A DNA stretch of 64,000 nucleotides. Source: Nitrososphaerales archaeon. GTDB lineage: Archaea; Thermoproteota; Nitrososphaeria; Nitrososphaerales; UBA213. Both the position numbers and the translations under genes were made by a program. Of the stretch, positions 20,033 to 30,370 are shown one piece after another. Below the pieces are notes generated by a model. That model searched no databases and had not been told where the DNA came from. It saw nothing but the letters and a program-made list of their open reading frames with translations. The stretch lies in contig CBDAOC010000018.1 of the NCBI GenBank assembly GCA_965197925.1, forward strand, positions 192,001 to 256,000, in the 5' to 3' direction. The number at the start of each line of letters is the position of its first letter. Position 1 is the stretch's first letter.

Positions 20033-20424
20033 ACAAGAATTCCTACTAGAGCTGAATATTTAGAAGGTAAATCTCAAAGTATTTTTCAGGATTAGAACTA
20101 TTTTAGGGTAGGTTCATTTGCTGGTTAGAAGTTAATGACATGATAATGTTAGCTCTGGACCTATTACAACATCTGGGTGTGAAAAGATATAGAACAAAGG
20201 ATGGAAAAGGGGCCCATAAAAATAATTTGAAGGAAATAAATATACCAAATATCTCCATATATCTTCAATAAGTTCAAGCTTCTTCGATGCTTCGAGTCTC
20301 GCTTAGTTTCCGAGTTTGTCTAGCTGTATCTCATGTATATTTGAACAGAGAAGAAAAAGTAACCAACAGGTCAGTTGTCAATCACGAATTATGATTTATA
20401 CCTGAATCTAGGTGGATATTCGTC

Positions 20425-20967
20425 ATGGAAGGGGATAACGGAGAAAATGAACAATTTTGGCGCAACCAGTACGGATTTGTGCTTAATGCTTTGCAACAAG
20501 AAGGCATTAAGTTTTGGACAAGATTTCAATCATCCCTTATAGTGAATGGAGGTTTGTTATCGATCTTTGTTGCTATTTTGTTGTTTTTTCAAAATTCAGA
20601 TTTACAATTGACGTTTCCTCTAAATACTCCGATATGGATATTTACTGCATTTAATTGGGTTCTTATAATAATTATGGGATTGGGTATATTGATATCTTCA
20701 ATTTGGCTAGAACTTACAAAAAATGGAGCGAAGTGGCAGGGTTATTGGGTTAATTTAGGTAGAGATTTAGAGAACACCAATCAAGAAAATTGCGAAGTAT
20801 TTATTTTCAGGAACTTAAGGAGAACCGAAGATGCTTATCCAACAATCAAATGGTCACTAGTAATTCCTATTTTGTTCGTAATTAGCTGGGCATTAATTCT
20901 ATCCCTATTTCTGTATTCATTGTTGCAAAAAACTTTGCTTGAATATTCTTCAATATTCATGTCTTAA
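20425..20967 (+). CDS. 3-TM membrane protein, possibly RipA/Rip1-like
   Basis: QY...FWTRFQSSLIVNGGLL...GILISSIW...LE layout; family assignment is tentative. Confidence 0.5.
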   Translation: MEGDNGENEQFWRNQYGFVLNALQQEGIKFWTRFQSSLIVNGGLLSIFVAILLFFQNSDLQLTFPLNTPIWIFTAFNWVLIIIMGLGILISSIWLELTKNGAKWQGYWVNLGRDLENTNQENCEVFIFRNLRRTEDAYPTIKWSLVIPILFVISWALILSLFLYSLLQKTLLEYSSIFMS

Positions 20968-21049
20968 AAGTTTATTTTATATTCAAGATGCTAGAGGATT
21001 CCATATGAATTAGAGAAGGGATTCTGTGAGACAATTGTTTTTGAGATAG

Positions 21050-21140
21050 TGGGCCCGGAGGGATTCGAACCCTCGGCCTGAAGCTCCGCAAGCTCCCGCC
21101 ATATCCTCTCTATTCTATACGATGACTAGGCCACGGGCCC
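21050..21140 (-). tRNA. tRNA-Arg(GCG) with a 16-17 nt insertion in the D-loop
   Basis: Acceptor stem GGGCCCG/CGGGCCC; anticodon arm GGAGC-TTGCGGA-GCTTC; T arm GAGGG-TTCGAAT-CCCTC. Confidence 0.92.
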
Positions 21141-21181
21141 GTATTAACAATAATAATAATTGAGCATTTTAACTTTGCAAA

Positions 21182-21505
21182 CTAAGATTGTAAGGCGCTT
21201 CCACAATTGGGACAATTGGTTGAACCTCCAATGTAAAAGATAAAGGAACAGTTAGCGCATTTATTATTAGTCAACTTCTGGATTAGATGGAATCCATTAT
21301 TACTATTCTTGCTTATTACATTGTTGGTTTCTAAAATTTTCAATAAATTAACAACTTCCTCTTCAGTAGTATACCTGTTAAGGCTCATCTTTGCCTTCCT
21401 AATAATATCTTCTACGGCGAACTCTCCTAGATCATTGTAATGGTAATATAGTAACTGTCTTAATACATACTCAGTCATTATCATAAATTTAACACCTATC
21501 CACAT
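21182..21505 (-). CDS. hypothetical protein, wHTH-like with a C-terminal Zn ribbon
   Basis: CANC...CPNCG; directly downstream of lysS. Confidence 0.65.
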   Translation of the reverse strand: MWIGVKFMIMTEYVLRQLLYYHYNDLGEFAVEDIIRKAKMSLNRYTTEEEVVNLLKILETNNVISKNSNNGFHLIQKLTNNKCANCSFIFYIGGSTNCPNCGSALQS

Positions 21506-21521
21506 CGTAATAAGTACTAAT

Positions 21522-23102
21522 CTAGATATACCGTTCCAGCGCTTCTACAACCTTGTCTGAACCAATGTCAACAATATATGGCCCCAGTCGTGGACCCCTT
21601 TCTGCACTTAGAAGTATATTATAGAGTAGTTTAAAAAAATCTCTTGGTTCTACTTTATTACTTCTTGCTATCTCGAATATTTTCGTCTGCAGATTCTTGG
21701 CATCATTCTCACTCTTTACAACCTCAATTAAATCAGTTAAGGCATGCTTCTGGTTCTGATTAATGATAATTTCTCTTTTCTCATAATGTTCAAAATCATC
21801 GGCCCAGTTGGAAGCAAGAATCACTTTCTCAACCAGATCGTCTGAACTCTCCTTTATAGTTCCGTAGCTCTTTAGTTTATTTGTTACATAATCCATTCTG
21901 TTGTCTCCGCTGGAGACGGATGCCAGCTGAACGAGCAGCAAATATGGAACATGTTGCGATGGCTTGGAAGCTGGATTCTGATGATTTATGTATTCGTAAA
22001 CCCCCCTAAGCTTTGTTTTCTTCAATTCATTATCAACTTTGATTTTCTCAAAGTAAATATCTTCAAGGTAATCATATTCTGTCATCAATTTTGGCACGTC
22101 GTTCAAATCAAGATTTCTGGTTCCCTTGATCCGTTTATAAAGTAGGAGCAATAATGATTGAGGGCTTCCATATTTTAACCAAATCTGTGGGGTAAACACA
22201 TTTCCAAGAGATTTCGATATCTTCTTTCCAGATTTATCCAAAAACATTTCATACTTCACGTGTATTGGATGAGGATACTTTAGAACTTCATCAGCAATCC
22301 AGTCATTTACCTTGACAGAGTCCATGATGTCCTTTCCATAAGCCTCGAATCTTATGTCCAATGCCTGCCATCTGGCAGCAAATTCTACTTTCCATCCCAG
22401 CTTACCTTCATTGGTTCTAATATCAGCAGAGCCTTCATGGGCACAACCGTCAATGAAATTGTTCCCCATTCTTGAGCCTTTACATCTGTACAGTACTTTC
22501 TTTTCTTCCTTCACATACTCATACGCTTCTGCAACGTAGATCCTTTTACAGCCATCGCAAATAGGGAAATAAGGTAATGAAGTTTTGAACTTCTCCTGTC
22601 CAACCAGTTCCTTGATCTTCTCACCAATGTATTTGGTATTGCTTAAAATAACATCAATCTGCTTTTCCATCAACCCTTGCTTGTAAGCATCTGTTCCACT
22701 TTGAAACCTGTATTCAACTTTCAATTTATCCAGGGCATCGACCAACAGGCTGCTCATGTGTTCTCCGTAAGAATTATGGCAGTCAAAAGGATCAGGTATT
22801 GTTGAAACAGGTTTGGCTAGATAATCCTTGAGCCAATCTGGAAGACCTTCAGGAACTTTCCTTAATCCATCCATGTCATCCGAATAGGCAATCAGTTCAG
22901 ATTTGTAGCCCATATTCTCAAGCGCCATCTTTATTCCGTAAGCTCTCACAGCATCACCCAAACTTCCAATATGTGGTATCCCTGATGCACCCAAACCACT
23001 CTCTACCCTGATTAGGCTAGTGTTTCTTCCTATCTTCTTCTCCCTCTCAATCAGTTTAACCGCTACCTTGTCTAACCAGGTGCCTCTGCCTATAGCCCGC
23101 AT
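21522..23102 (-). CDS. lysS: class I lysyl-tRNA synthetase
   Basis: SGIPHIGS (HIGH-like), KISKSLGN (KMSKS-like), GPRLG. Confidence 0.97.
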   Translation of the reverse strand: MRAIGRGTWLDKVAVKLIEREKKIGRNTSLIRVESGLGASGIPHIGSLGDAVRAYGIKMALENMGYKSELIAYSDDMDGLRKVPEGLPDWLKDYLAKPVSTIPDPFDCHNSYGEHMSSLLVDALDKLKVEYRFQSGTDAYKQGLMEKQIDVILSNTKYIGEKIKELVGQEKFKTSLPYFPICDGCKRIYVAEAYEYVKEEKKVLYRCKGSRMGNNFIDGCAHEGSADIRTNEGKLGWKVEFAARWQALDIRFEAYGKDIMDSVKVNDWIADEVLKYPHPIHVKYEMFLDKSGKKISKSLGNVFTPQIWLKYGSPQSLLLLLYKRIKGTRNLDLNDVPKLMTEYDYLEDIYFEKIKVDNELKKTKLRGVYEYINHQNPASKPSQHVPYLLLVQLASVSSGDNRMDYVTNKLKSYGTIKESSDDLVEKVILASNWADDFEHYEKREIIINQNQKHALTDLIEVVKSENDAKNLQTKIFEIARSNKVEPRDFFKLLYNILLSAERGPRLGPYIVDIGSDKVVEALERYI

Positions 23103-23514
23103 TTTGGAAATTTAATATTTCTAGTAATTTAAGTCATTTTAAAGTAGTTTAAACTTGCATATTGTGCAAAGCATATGTAAATTCATGATAACCAAGTTGA
23201 ATGGGCCGTTAGAGAATTGATCTATAATATTGGGAGAGGAATCACACAATAGGGCACAGACTTTCAATATTGCTTCAGTTTAGATATTGTGAATAGAAGA
23301 GCTAGATTGATAACCTTAACATTGATAGATAAAGTTTTGAACAACTTGAGCAAGAATGAAATATTACATCGATAGATTAAGATGAAACTAATTCAGAATT
23401 ATTCTGGTATCTACACAATCAGTGAAGGATACAATTACATCTTATACATCCGGAAGAAAGAAGATAAAAAAACAGAATATACATTGGTTATGAATCTGCA
23501 ACCTAAAATACCTA

Positions 23515-25104
23515 TCAAGATTGTAACTGTTTAGACATGTATGGACCTTCACTTGTGTAACCTAACTTCCTGTAATACTCTCTGGTTCCAACAGCGCTGA
23601 TCACAAGCATCTTCTTTACGTTGAATCTTTTCAAAGCAATGCGTTCCGCCTCATGCATAAGCATTGTGCCATAGCCTCTATGCTGCCAACTATTGTTGTC
23701 TCTCTTACCAAGACTCAATGCTTGGCCATAAACATGCAATTCTCTTACTATACAACAATTATTGATTTCCGGGCGAGATGCCTTGCTGCTTGGAAAGCGC
23801 ATACGAAGAAATCCAAACAACACATTCCTCTCATGATCCTCGTATGATAAGAATAGTTCATTACCATCAGATGCAATATATTCTTCCTTCAATAGTTTCA
23901 CATTGTAAGAATCATTATTCTCTCTTTTCAGCCCCACCTCCCTGCACCTAATGCAGTTGCACTTTAGACCTTGTGATTTCAACCTTTCGAGTACCATCTG
24001 TCTAAGATTGCCCTTCTTTGGACCAGCAATAATATCTCCCGAATTTATTTCTCTTTGGATACGCATTATCCTAACCCAACGTGGAATGTTTTTCTTCAGT
24101 TCAGCAATGATGTTGACAAGTTCTGAATCCGTATATGAGTTATATTTACCCTGCTTGTACAAAGTAAACAATCCAGTGTTTTTCAACACCAAGGCGGGGT
24201 AGATCTTAAGCATATCGGGCTTGAATCTGGAATCAGAAAATAACTTTTCAAAATCATCAATATCCTTTTCTACACTAGAACTAGGAAGCCCCGGCATCAT
24301 ATGCGCAACTATCTTGTAACCAGCATCCCTTGCGGTTTGAAATGATTCAATCACATCGTCAAGTGTATGACCCCTATTGGTTATTTGATAGACTTCATTC
24401 CGCAGTGCCTGCACACCTATTTCCACCCTTGTTGCTCCAAAGTCAAGCATAGAATCAATATGTTTCTGCTTGCAAAAATCTGGTTTGGTTTCAATAGTAA
24501 GACCCACGTTTCTTACTGCAGCCGTTTCATTGTATCTTTTTGCTTCTTCTAGGCTAACTGACTTGAAGCCATTCAATGCATCATAGCATGATCTTATAAA
24601 ATCAAACTGATAGTCAAGCGGCATGAACAAAAAGGTACCTCCAACAATAACAATCTCGACCTTAGATATTTCATGACCTTTGTACTGTAAATGTTGCATC
24701 TTTGAGCATATTTGTCTAAACGGATCATATTCATACATGATAGCATTCTGAGTTGAAGGTTCAGTGCCAGTATAGCTGTTGGGGGTATTAACCTCTACAC
24801 CCCCTGGACAGAAAGTACACCTCCCGTGTGGACATGGGTAGGGTTTGGGCATCACTGCTACTACCGCAACACCCGATGCCGTTTTAGTGGGTTTTACCAT
24901 TAGTAACTTCCTTACATTTTCGTATGAAGATCTCTTGGCATAATTCAGAATGTCGGAATTCCTTGGGAGTGTGGATAATGCATACTTTGCTGATATCTGC
25001 TTAACAACACGGTTCACTAATTTAATATCCGGATCATCGGTCCTGCTAATTGCTGCAGCAATTTCACTACAAGCAATAGAATAGGTATCCTTTTGGCTCT
25101 GCAT
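23515..25104 (-). CDS. elp3: Elp3 radical SAM/KAT tRNA U34 modification enzyme
   Basis: CPHGRCTFCPGG, ETKPD, RELHVYG, QHRGYG, ISAVGTREYYRKLGY. Confidence 0.97.
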   Translation of the reverse strand: MQSQKDTYSIACSEIAAAISRTDDPDIKLVNRVVKQISAKYALSTLPRNSDILNYAKRSSYENVRKLLMVKPTKTASGVAVVAVMPKPYPCPHGRCTFCPGGVEVNTPNSYTGTEPSTQNAIMYEYDPFRQICSKMQHLQYKGHEISKVEIVIVGGTFLFMPLDYQFDFIRSCYDALNGFKSVSLEEAKRYNETAAVRNVGLTIETKPDFCKQKHIDSMLDFGATRVEIGVQALRNEVYQITNRGHTLDDVIESFQTARDAGYKIVAHMMPGLPSSSVEKDIDDFEKLFSDSRFKPDMLKIYPALVLKNTGLFTLYKQGKYNSYTDSELVNIIAELKKNIPRWVRIMRIQREINSGDIIAGPKKGNLRQMVLERLKSQGLKCNCIRCREVGLKRENNDSYNVKLLKEEYIASDGNELFLSYEDHERNVLFGFLRMRFPSSKASRPEINNCCIVRELHVYGQALSLGKRDNNSWQHRGYGTMLMHEAERIALKRFNVKKMLVISAVGTREYYRKLGYTSEGPYMSKQLQS

Positions 25105-25219
25105 TCTGCTAGTTTGATAATCTACGTATTAAATCTTATAGTTATTATTTCTACTAAAATATTATCAGTAAATAGACAATACGCCGGTATCAAAAAGATG
25201 AAAAATAAAGGAGAAGAGC

Positions 25220-25483
25220 TTAGTTCAGTGACAGGTCAGGAAATGATGCTTGCTGAACGCCTAGTTCATCTTGAAGTTTGCGGATCTTTGTCGCGTACTC
25301 TGTCATTTTAGAGCGATCCCCTTGAACTTTGGCTATCTTGTATCCTTTCCAAGATTTTCTCAACGCTCCCCATGTCTGACCTATTGTGAAGCTCTTCGAT
25401 GCTTGTTGTTCGGTTTGTTCTCCTACTGGGAAAGTCATTCTAAGGATTGCTAACGAGTTGTACATATCATTACGAAAGCGCAC
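25220..25483 (-). CDS. small hypothetical protein between purM and elp3
   Basis: Co-oriented ORF with helical FTIGQTWGALRKSWKGYKIAK; true start is probably an internal Met. Confidence 0.7.
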   Translation of the reverse strand: MRFRNDMYNSLAILRMTFPVGEQTEQQASKSFTIGQTWGALRKSWKGYKIAKVQGDRSKMTEYATKIRKLQDELGVQQASFPDLSLN

Positions 25484-25581
25484 ATGAGTTTATCTTCGTG
25501 TCAATTTTTGTCTCACAGTCTCATTGTACCATGAGAATCAATCTCAATAAACCATTTGATTGATCAGGAAACCTACGAGGT

Positions 25582-26607
25582 CTATACAATCCTTACTTTA
25601 CCTATATAAACTCCCTTCCCATGTGCAACCTTTCCTATAATTGAGCTCTTCAGGCCATACTTTTTGAATATTTTGATTACTATATCAGCCACATTGTCTG
25701 GAATAATCAGATTGAATCCTACACTCATGTTGAAGGTACTATACATTTCTTTATCATCGATCTTCGAAAGTGTCTGTATCAATTTGAAAATCGGCTGGGG
25801 TCTTGGCATATCTTCAAGTTTAAAACAAATATCGTTGCGTAAGCGCGTAAGCTTTGTAAACGCACCACCCGTTATGTGTGCCAAACCATGTATTTCTGCG
25901 TTGTCGATGACCTCCATAACTGGTCTTACATAGATATGTGTGGGCTTTAGCAGTTCATCTGCAATTGTGTTACTAAGTTCCTTGATCTTTTTCCCCAACT
26001 TGTATTTTCTTAGCAAGACCTTTCTGGCAAGACTGAATCCATTGGAATGTAAACCGTTGCTTTCTACTCCCACTATTACGTCACCTATCTTGATCTTGTC
26101 ACCCAGAACAAGTTTATCCTTGTCAACTATCCCCATTACTGCGCCAGCAAGGTCAAAGGCCTGCTTATGCCCAGTAATTATTTCGGGCATCACAGCGGTT
26201 TCTCCACCGATTATTGCAACCCTAGCCTCCCTCGCACCTCTCACCAACCCCTTCACTATTTCTTTCATGAGGTTTTCATCAGGCTTACTAACCGCAGTAT
26301 AGTCAACGAATGCTAAAGGTTCAGCACCGACACAAATTACGTCATTTACATTCATAGCTACACAATCAATTCCAACTGTATCAAGGCGGTTTGCCATTTG
26401 TGCGATTAGTACTTTTGTACCAACGCCATCAGTATGCAATGCAAGAACCTTGTTATCACCAATTTCAACTAGACCAGCATAATGACCATAACCAGATATT
26501 ATTCCATCTTTGAATCTGTGTGTAGAAGAAATAAGATCCATAATGGTTTTATGGGCAGTCTTAATCTTCTTAAGGTCAACACCTGAATCCCTATAGGTTA
26601 TTTTCAT
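25582..26607 (-). CDS. purM: phosphoribosylformylglycinamidine cyclo-ligase
   Basis: TYRDSGVD, TDGVGTK, GGETA, GLHSNGFSL, HITGG. Confidence 0.97.
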   Translation of the reverse strand: MKITYRDSGVDLKKIKTAHKTIMDLISSTHRFKDGIISGYGHYAGLVEIGDNKVLALHTDGVGTKVLIAQMANRLDTVGIDCVAMNVNDVICVGAEPLAFVDYTAVSKPDENLMKEIVKGLVRGAREARVAIIGGETAVMPEIITGHKQAFDLAGAVMGIVDKDKLVLGDKIKIGDVIVGVESNGLHSNGFSLARKVLLRKYKLGKKIKELSNTIADELLKPTHIYVRPVMEVIDNAEIHGLAHITGGAFTKLTRLRNDICFKLEDMPRPQPIFKLIQTLSKIDDKEMYSTFNMSVGFNLIIPDNVADIVIKIFKKYGLKSSIIGKVAHGKGVYIGKVRIV

Positions 26608-26678
26608 AATTGCAACAGATCACGGCAAGCGTATAAACGATTGCAACCATCTGAGCCAAACTATTTTTATGCAACGTC

Positions 26679-26921
26679 TTGCATCCATTATCTATGCCAA
26701 AGGCCCTTGTTCTAATGAATGCCGAGTCGGGTCATGAAAAAGACCTTATGAATGAACTAAAGGGAACATCCTATGTAACTGAGGTTTATGCGGTTTATGG
26801 TGTTTATGATATTATTGTAAAGATAGAGGCAGATTCCATGGAAAAATTAAAGGAGACTGTCGCTACACAATTAAGAAGAATAAAAGGTGTTAAATCCACA
26901 CTCACCATGATCATGGCTTAG
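26679..26921 (+). CDS. Lrp/AsnC ligand-binding domain protein
   Basis: VYGVYDIIVKIEA...LRRIKGVKSTLTM. Confidence 0.9.
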   Translation: MHPLSMPKALVLMNAESGHEKDLMNELKGTSYVTEVYAVYGVYDIIVKIEADSMEKLKETVATQLRRIKGVKSTLTMIMA

Positions 26922-26925
26922 ATAA

Positions 26926-27585
26926 TCATTTTGTTAAAGACACAACTTGAGACCCAAGGATTTTACTGAGCTCATCTGTAGTTTTGGTGAGTCCGTACCA
27001 TTCCCTTATTGTTTCCAAAGTCGCGGAGTGAAAACTTGGATGACTTGACGCCACTGCGTCTGAAATGACCACTATATCATATCCCCTATTGAATCCATCT
27101 CTAACTGAGCTGTCTACGCATACAGATGTATCTGCACCGCAGAAAATTATGGTGTCAATATGAGAACTGCTTAGCCAGAGATCAAGTTCAGTATCCTGAA
27201 ATGCGGAATCCCTCCTTTTTGTTACAATATGATCAGTCTTGTCCGGGCTTAACTCCGGAATTATTTCGGCATCCCATGTTCCCCTAATGCATATTGGAAT
27301 CTTCTTGATTCTTTCACCACGTTTTTTCGGCAGTATCTTATGATTATTGGTAAATAGATCTATGCCAGAAGCTTCACGAACTGCCTGTGTATAAAATATA
27401 GGGATACCTGCCTTTCTACAATCACGTATTGTATTTTTAATATTGGGTACTATATTTCGATAATGTGAAATGTTAACACCTAACCTGGAATAAGACCCAC
27501 CTGCACTGCAAAAACCATTTTGCATATCTACCACCAGCAAAATGGGATTTATCCTGTAACTGCCAAGGTCTATCATGTATTTCAT
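26926..27585 (-). CDS. isochorismatase-family cysteine hydrolase (RutB-like)
   Basis: LLVVDMQNGF, KRRDSAF, GADTSVCVDSS. Confidence 0.9.
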   Translation of the reverse strand: MKYMIDLGSYRINPILLVVDMQNGFCSAGGSYSRLGVNISHYRNIVPNIKNTIRDCRKAGIPIFYTQAVREASGIDLFTNNHKILPKKRGERIKKIPICIRGTWDAEIIPELSPDKTDHIVTKRRDSAFQDTELDLWLSSSHIDTIIFCGADTSVCVDSSVRDGFNRGYDIVVISDAVASSHPSFHSATLETIREWYGLTKTTDELSKILGSQVVSLTK

Positions 27586-27687
27586 TGATTCACAATATCA
27601 ATATTAAGTTTAGTACTAATTTGATCCTGACAGAAATGATATTATCAAATAAACTCAAGCTGGGAAAAAGGTTCATAACAGAGATGT

Positions 27688-28887
27688 ATGGATTTTGTAA
27701 TAATGATGGAGCGGCAGTTACCTAATAAGAAAAGGGCTAAGAAACTGAACATTGCTATTGTATCCACTTATTTACCAACACAATGTGGCATAGCAAAGTT
27801 CACACACAGTTTGCAGAACTCATTGTTAGGTTCAAAAGAATCTGTCAATATCAAAATAATGCGAATGGTTATTCCCGGAGACAAGCAATTAAAAGCTAAC
27901 AACATACATCCAATCACTAAATATAAAAGAGAATCTTATCTTGAAGCATCTGATTTCATAAACAACTCCAATATAGACTTGGTAAACTTACAACATGAAT
28001 ACGGTATATTTGGCGGGAGTTGGGGGAGGTATATTCTAGATTTCATGGTTAATGTGAAAAAACCCATAGTGACGGTGTTGCATACGCTAGAACCAAATCA
28101 GAGCGGTGAGAAGGCTGAAGTTTTTAAAAAGGTATGTAATCTCAGCGAGAAAGTGATAGTGATGGTTCCTTTATCAATCAAAGTTATGGAGCAGAGGTAC
28201 GACCTGGACTACAAAGATAAGGTGATCTACATTCCCCATGGGGTACCATCAATTGAAGGCATATCCAAGGATGATGCCAAGGGAAGATTGGGAATGCAAG
28301 GAAAGTATATCATGATTTCATTTGGTTTGATCAATCCTGGTAAGGGATTCGAATATGCAATAGATGCAATCCCAGATATTGCAAAAGTACAAAAGGATTT
28401 TGCTTACCTCATAATAGGTACTACACATCCAAAAGTAAAGAAGACCCAAGGAGATAAGTATCTGAACATGTTGAAACAGAAGGTAGATGATTTAGGTATT
28501 AAGAATCATGTAAGGTTCATAGAAAAATTCTTTTTATCTGAAGAGGAGTTTAGCAGATACTTGTTTGCTGGAGACATCTTCATAGCACCTTACTTGGCCA
28601 AAAACCAGATCTCTAGCGGTGCTTTGGTGTACGCAATGTCGCACAAAATGTGTGTGATAACAACCCCATTCACACATGCCAAACATGAAATAACCAAAAA
28701 TATTGGTTATATTGTAAAGCACGAGAATTCTGGGATGATCGCGAAGGCGGCAAGGGAATTGTTGGAAAATCCAACAAAGATGAAAAAGATGCAAGGATAT
28801 GCTTACAGACAAGTAAAGGGGCGACAATGGCCCAGAATAGGTCAAAGATACTTGCAGGTTTTTCGGAAGGTAGTAGACAATAACTAA
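27688..28887 (+). CDS. GT4 glycosyltransferase
   Basis: STYLPTQCGIAKFT, QHEYGIFGG, FGLINPGKG, SSGALVYAM. Confidence 0.9.
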   Translation: MDFVIMMERQLPNKKRAKKLNIAIVSTYLPTQCGIAKFTHSLQNSLLGSKESVNIKIMRMVIPGDKQLKANNIHPITKYKRESYLEASDFINNSNIDLVNLQHEYGIFGGSWGRYILDFMVNVKKPIVTVLHTLEPNQSGEKAEVFKKVCNLSEKVIVMVPLSIKVMEQRYDLDYKDKVIYIPHGVPSIEGISKDDAKGRLGMQGKYIMISFGLINPGKGFEYAIDAIPDIAKVQKDFAYLIIGTTHPKVKKTQGDKYLNMLKQKVDDLGIKNHVRFIEKFFLSEEEFSRYLFAGDIFIAPYLAKNQISSGALVYAMSHKMCVITTPFTHAKHEITKNIGYIVKHENSGMIAKAARELLENPTKMKKMQGYAYRQVKGRQWPRIGQRYLQVFRKVVDNN

Positions 28888-30302
28888 AGTGGAACGGCCT
28901 TTATCCCCTCCACTCTTACGGATGGAGTAACTGAAGGTGATGAGTGCCATTGCATTATATGCTTGGAATCTTTTCCTATCGCGGATATATTCATGAGAAT
29001 CCTCTGCAAGTTATCAATTATTCTGACCATCTTGGACGGTCCTACAATCTCCCCATCCTTGATAACGAAAATACCGCTCCTCGCGGTACATGAGAAATCA
29101 CCTTTTTCAGGATTAACCGGATAGGTATACCATAAACGTCCTACCAACAAACCATTTTTCGTTTCCTTGATCATTTCATCCATGCCATAGTCCCCACTTT
29201 TTATTACTATGTTGTGGAAGGAGGGAAATGGGATTGGATCTGCTGACCTACCAACCGGGTATCCAGATCTACTTGCATTACCCGTAGATTCAACTTCATC
29301 TTTGGCGGCATAAAATGTGTCATATATTAAGCTCTGAAAGATCCCATTTTCAATTAGGTTTCTTGTCTGTGTGGGTACCCCCTCATCATCGAAGGGTTTG
29401 CTTCCCATGCAGTCGACGGCCCTTGGGTTGTCCTGCAATGTAAGGGATTCCATAGCAACTTGTTTACCAAGCTTCCCATAGAGGCAACTCCTCTTATCTT
29501 GGTAAGCCTTCCCATTGAAATTGTAAGAAAATACAAATGACAAAAGTTCTCCAATGGCATATGGTGTAAAAATAATGCTAAAGTTTCCCTCCTCATACTT
29601 TCTTGCCCCAGCACATCTGGACGCCATGTCACCTGCTTCCCTACCAATAGATTCTGCGTTAAATGTAGCCATTGTTCTCGCTGCGTTGAAGCCGATGCCA
29701 CTTACCGTTTCACCATTATTTCTTACATCGGCATTTATATTTCCAATTATGTACGTACCTTTATCATGTTGATTTAGATCAATGCTATTCGAAATATAAA
29801 CACGTTCCTTTACAAGATGTAGACTGCCGGATACACTGCTGATCTTGCTAAACTGCAAAGATGAATTTAACATTGAAATTGCTATATCAACAGCTTCATC
29901 AATACTTAATTTGTCAAGCCGTTCGTCGTAACATCTATCTATAGGCGTGATCTTTGTAGGTTCCGGTAACGACTTCCATTCAGACTTTGATTCTATCTTG
30001 GTCGCAGCTGAGATTGCATCTTCTATCGCCTTCCCTAAAGATTTCTCATCCAGAAGTGATGTTGAGGATGCACCTATGTTTTTGTTCCTTACAATGCGTA
30101 ACGCTAAAGCTCTTTCCCTCATACCTTTGGCTTCAACAATCTGCGTATTCGCAATCCTAATTGTTAATATCTCCTTATCTACAAGAAACGATTCGGCTTC
30201 ATCGGCGCCACATTTCAAGGCAGTATTTACTGTCTTATTGCAGATATCCAACATAATGATTTTTGTCCGCTTCGATGATTTTATACTTTTTGAGTATTTC
30301 AT
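28884..30302 (-). CDS. TldD/PmbA family protein
   Basis: PFDDEGVP, STGNASR, GDFS. Confidence 0.92.
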   Translation of the reverse strand: MKYSKSIKSSKRTKIIMLDICNKTVNTALKCGADEAESFLVDKEILTIRIANTQIVEAKGMRERALALRIVRNKNIGASSTSLLDEKSLGKAIEDAISAATKIESKSEWKSLPEPTKITPIDRCYDERLDKLSIDEAVDIAISMLNSSLQFSKISSVSGSLHLVKERVYISNSIDLNQHDKGTYIIGNINADVRNNGETVSGIGFNAARTMATFNAESIGREAGDMASRCAGARKYEEGNFSIIFTPYAIGELLSFVFSYNFNGKAYQDKRSCLYGKLGKQVAMESLTLQDNPRAVDCMGSKPFDDEGVPTQTRNLIENGIFQSLIYDTFYAAKDEVESTGNASRSGYPVGRSADPIPFPSFHNIVIKSGDYGMDEMIKETKNGLLVGRLWYTYPVNPEKGDFSCTARSGIFVIKDGEIVGPSKMVRIIDNLQRILMNISAIGKDSKHIMQWHSSPSVTPSVRVEGIKAVPL

Positions 30303-30370
30303 CCTTTATTATACAAAGTCAACACCCATGAATTTGGGAATAGGGACGGTTCAGAATTAAGGTGAACTCG

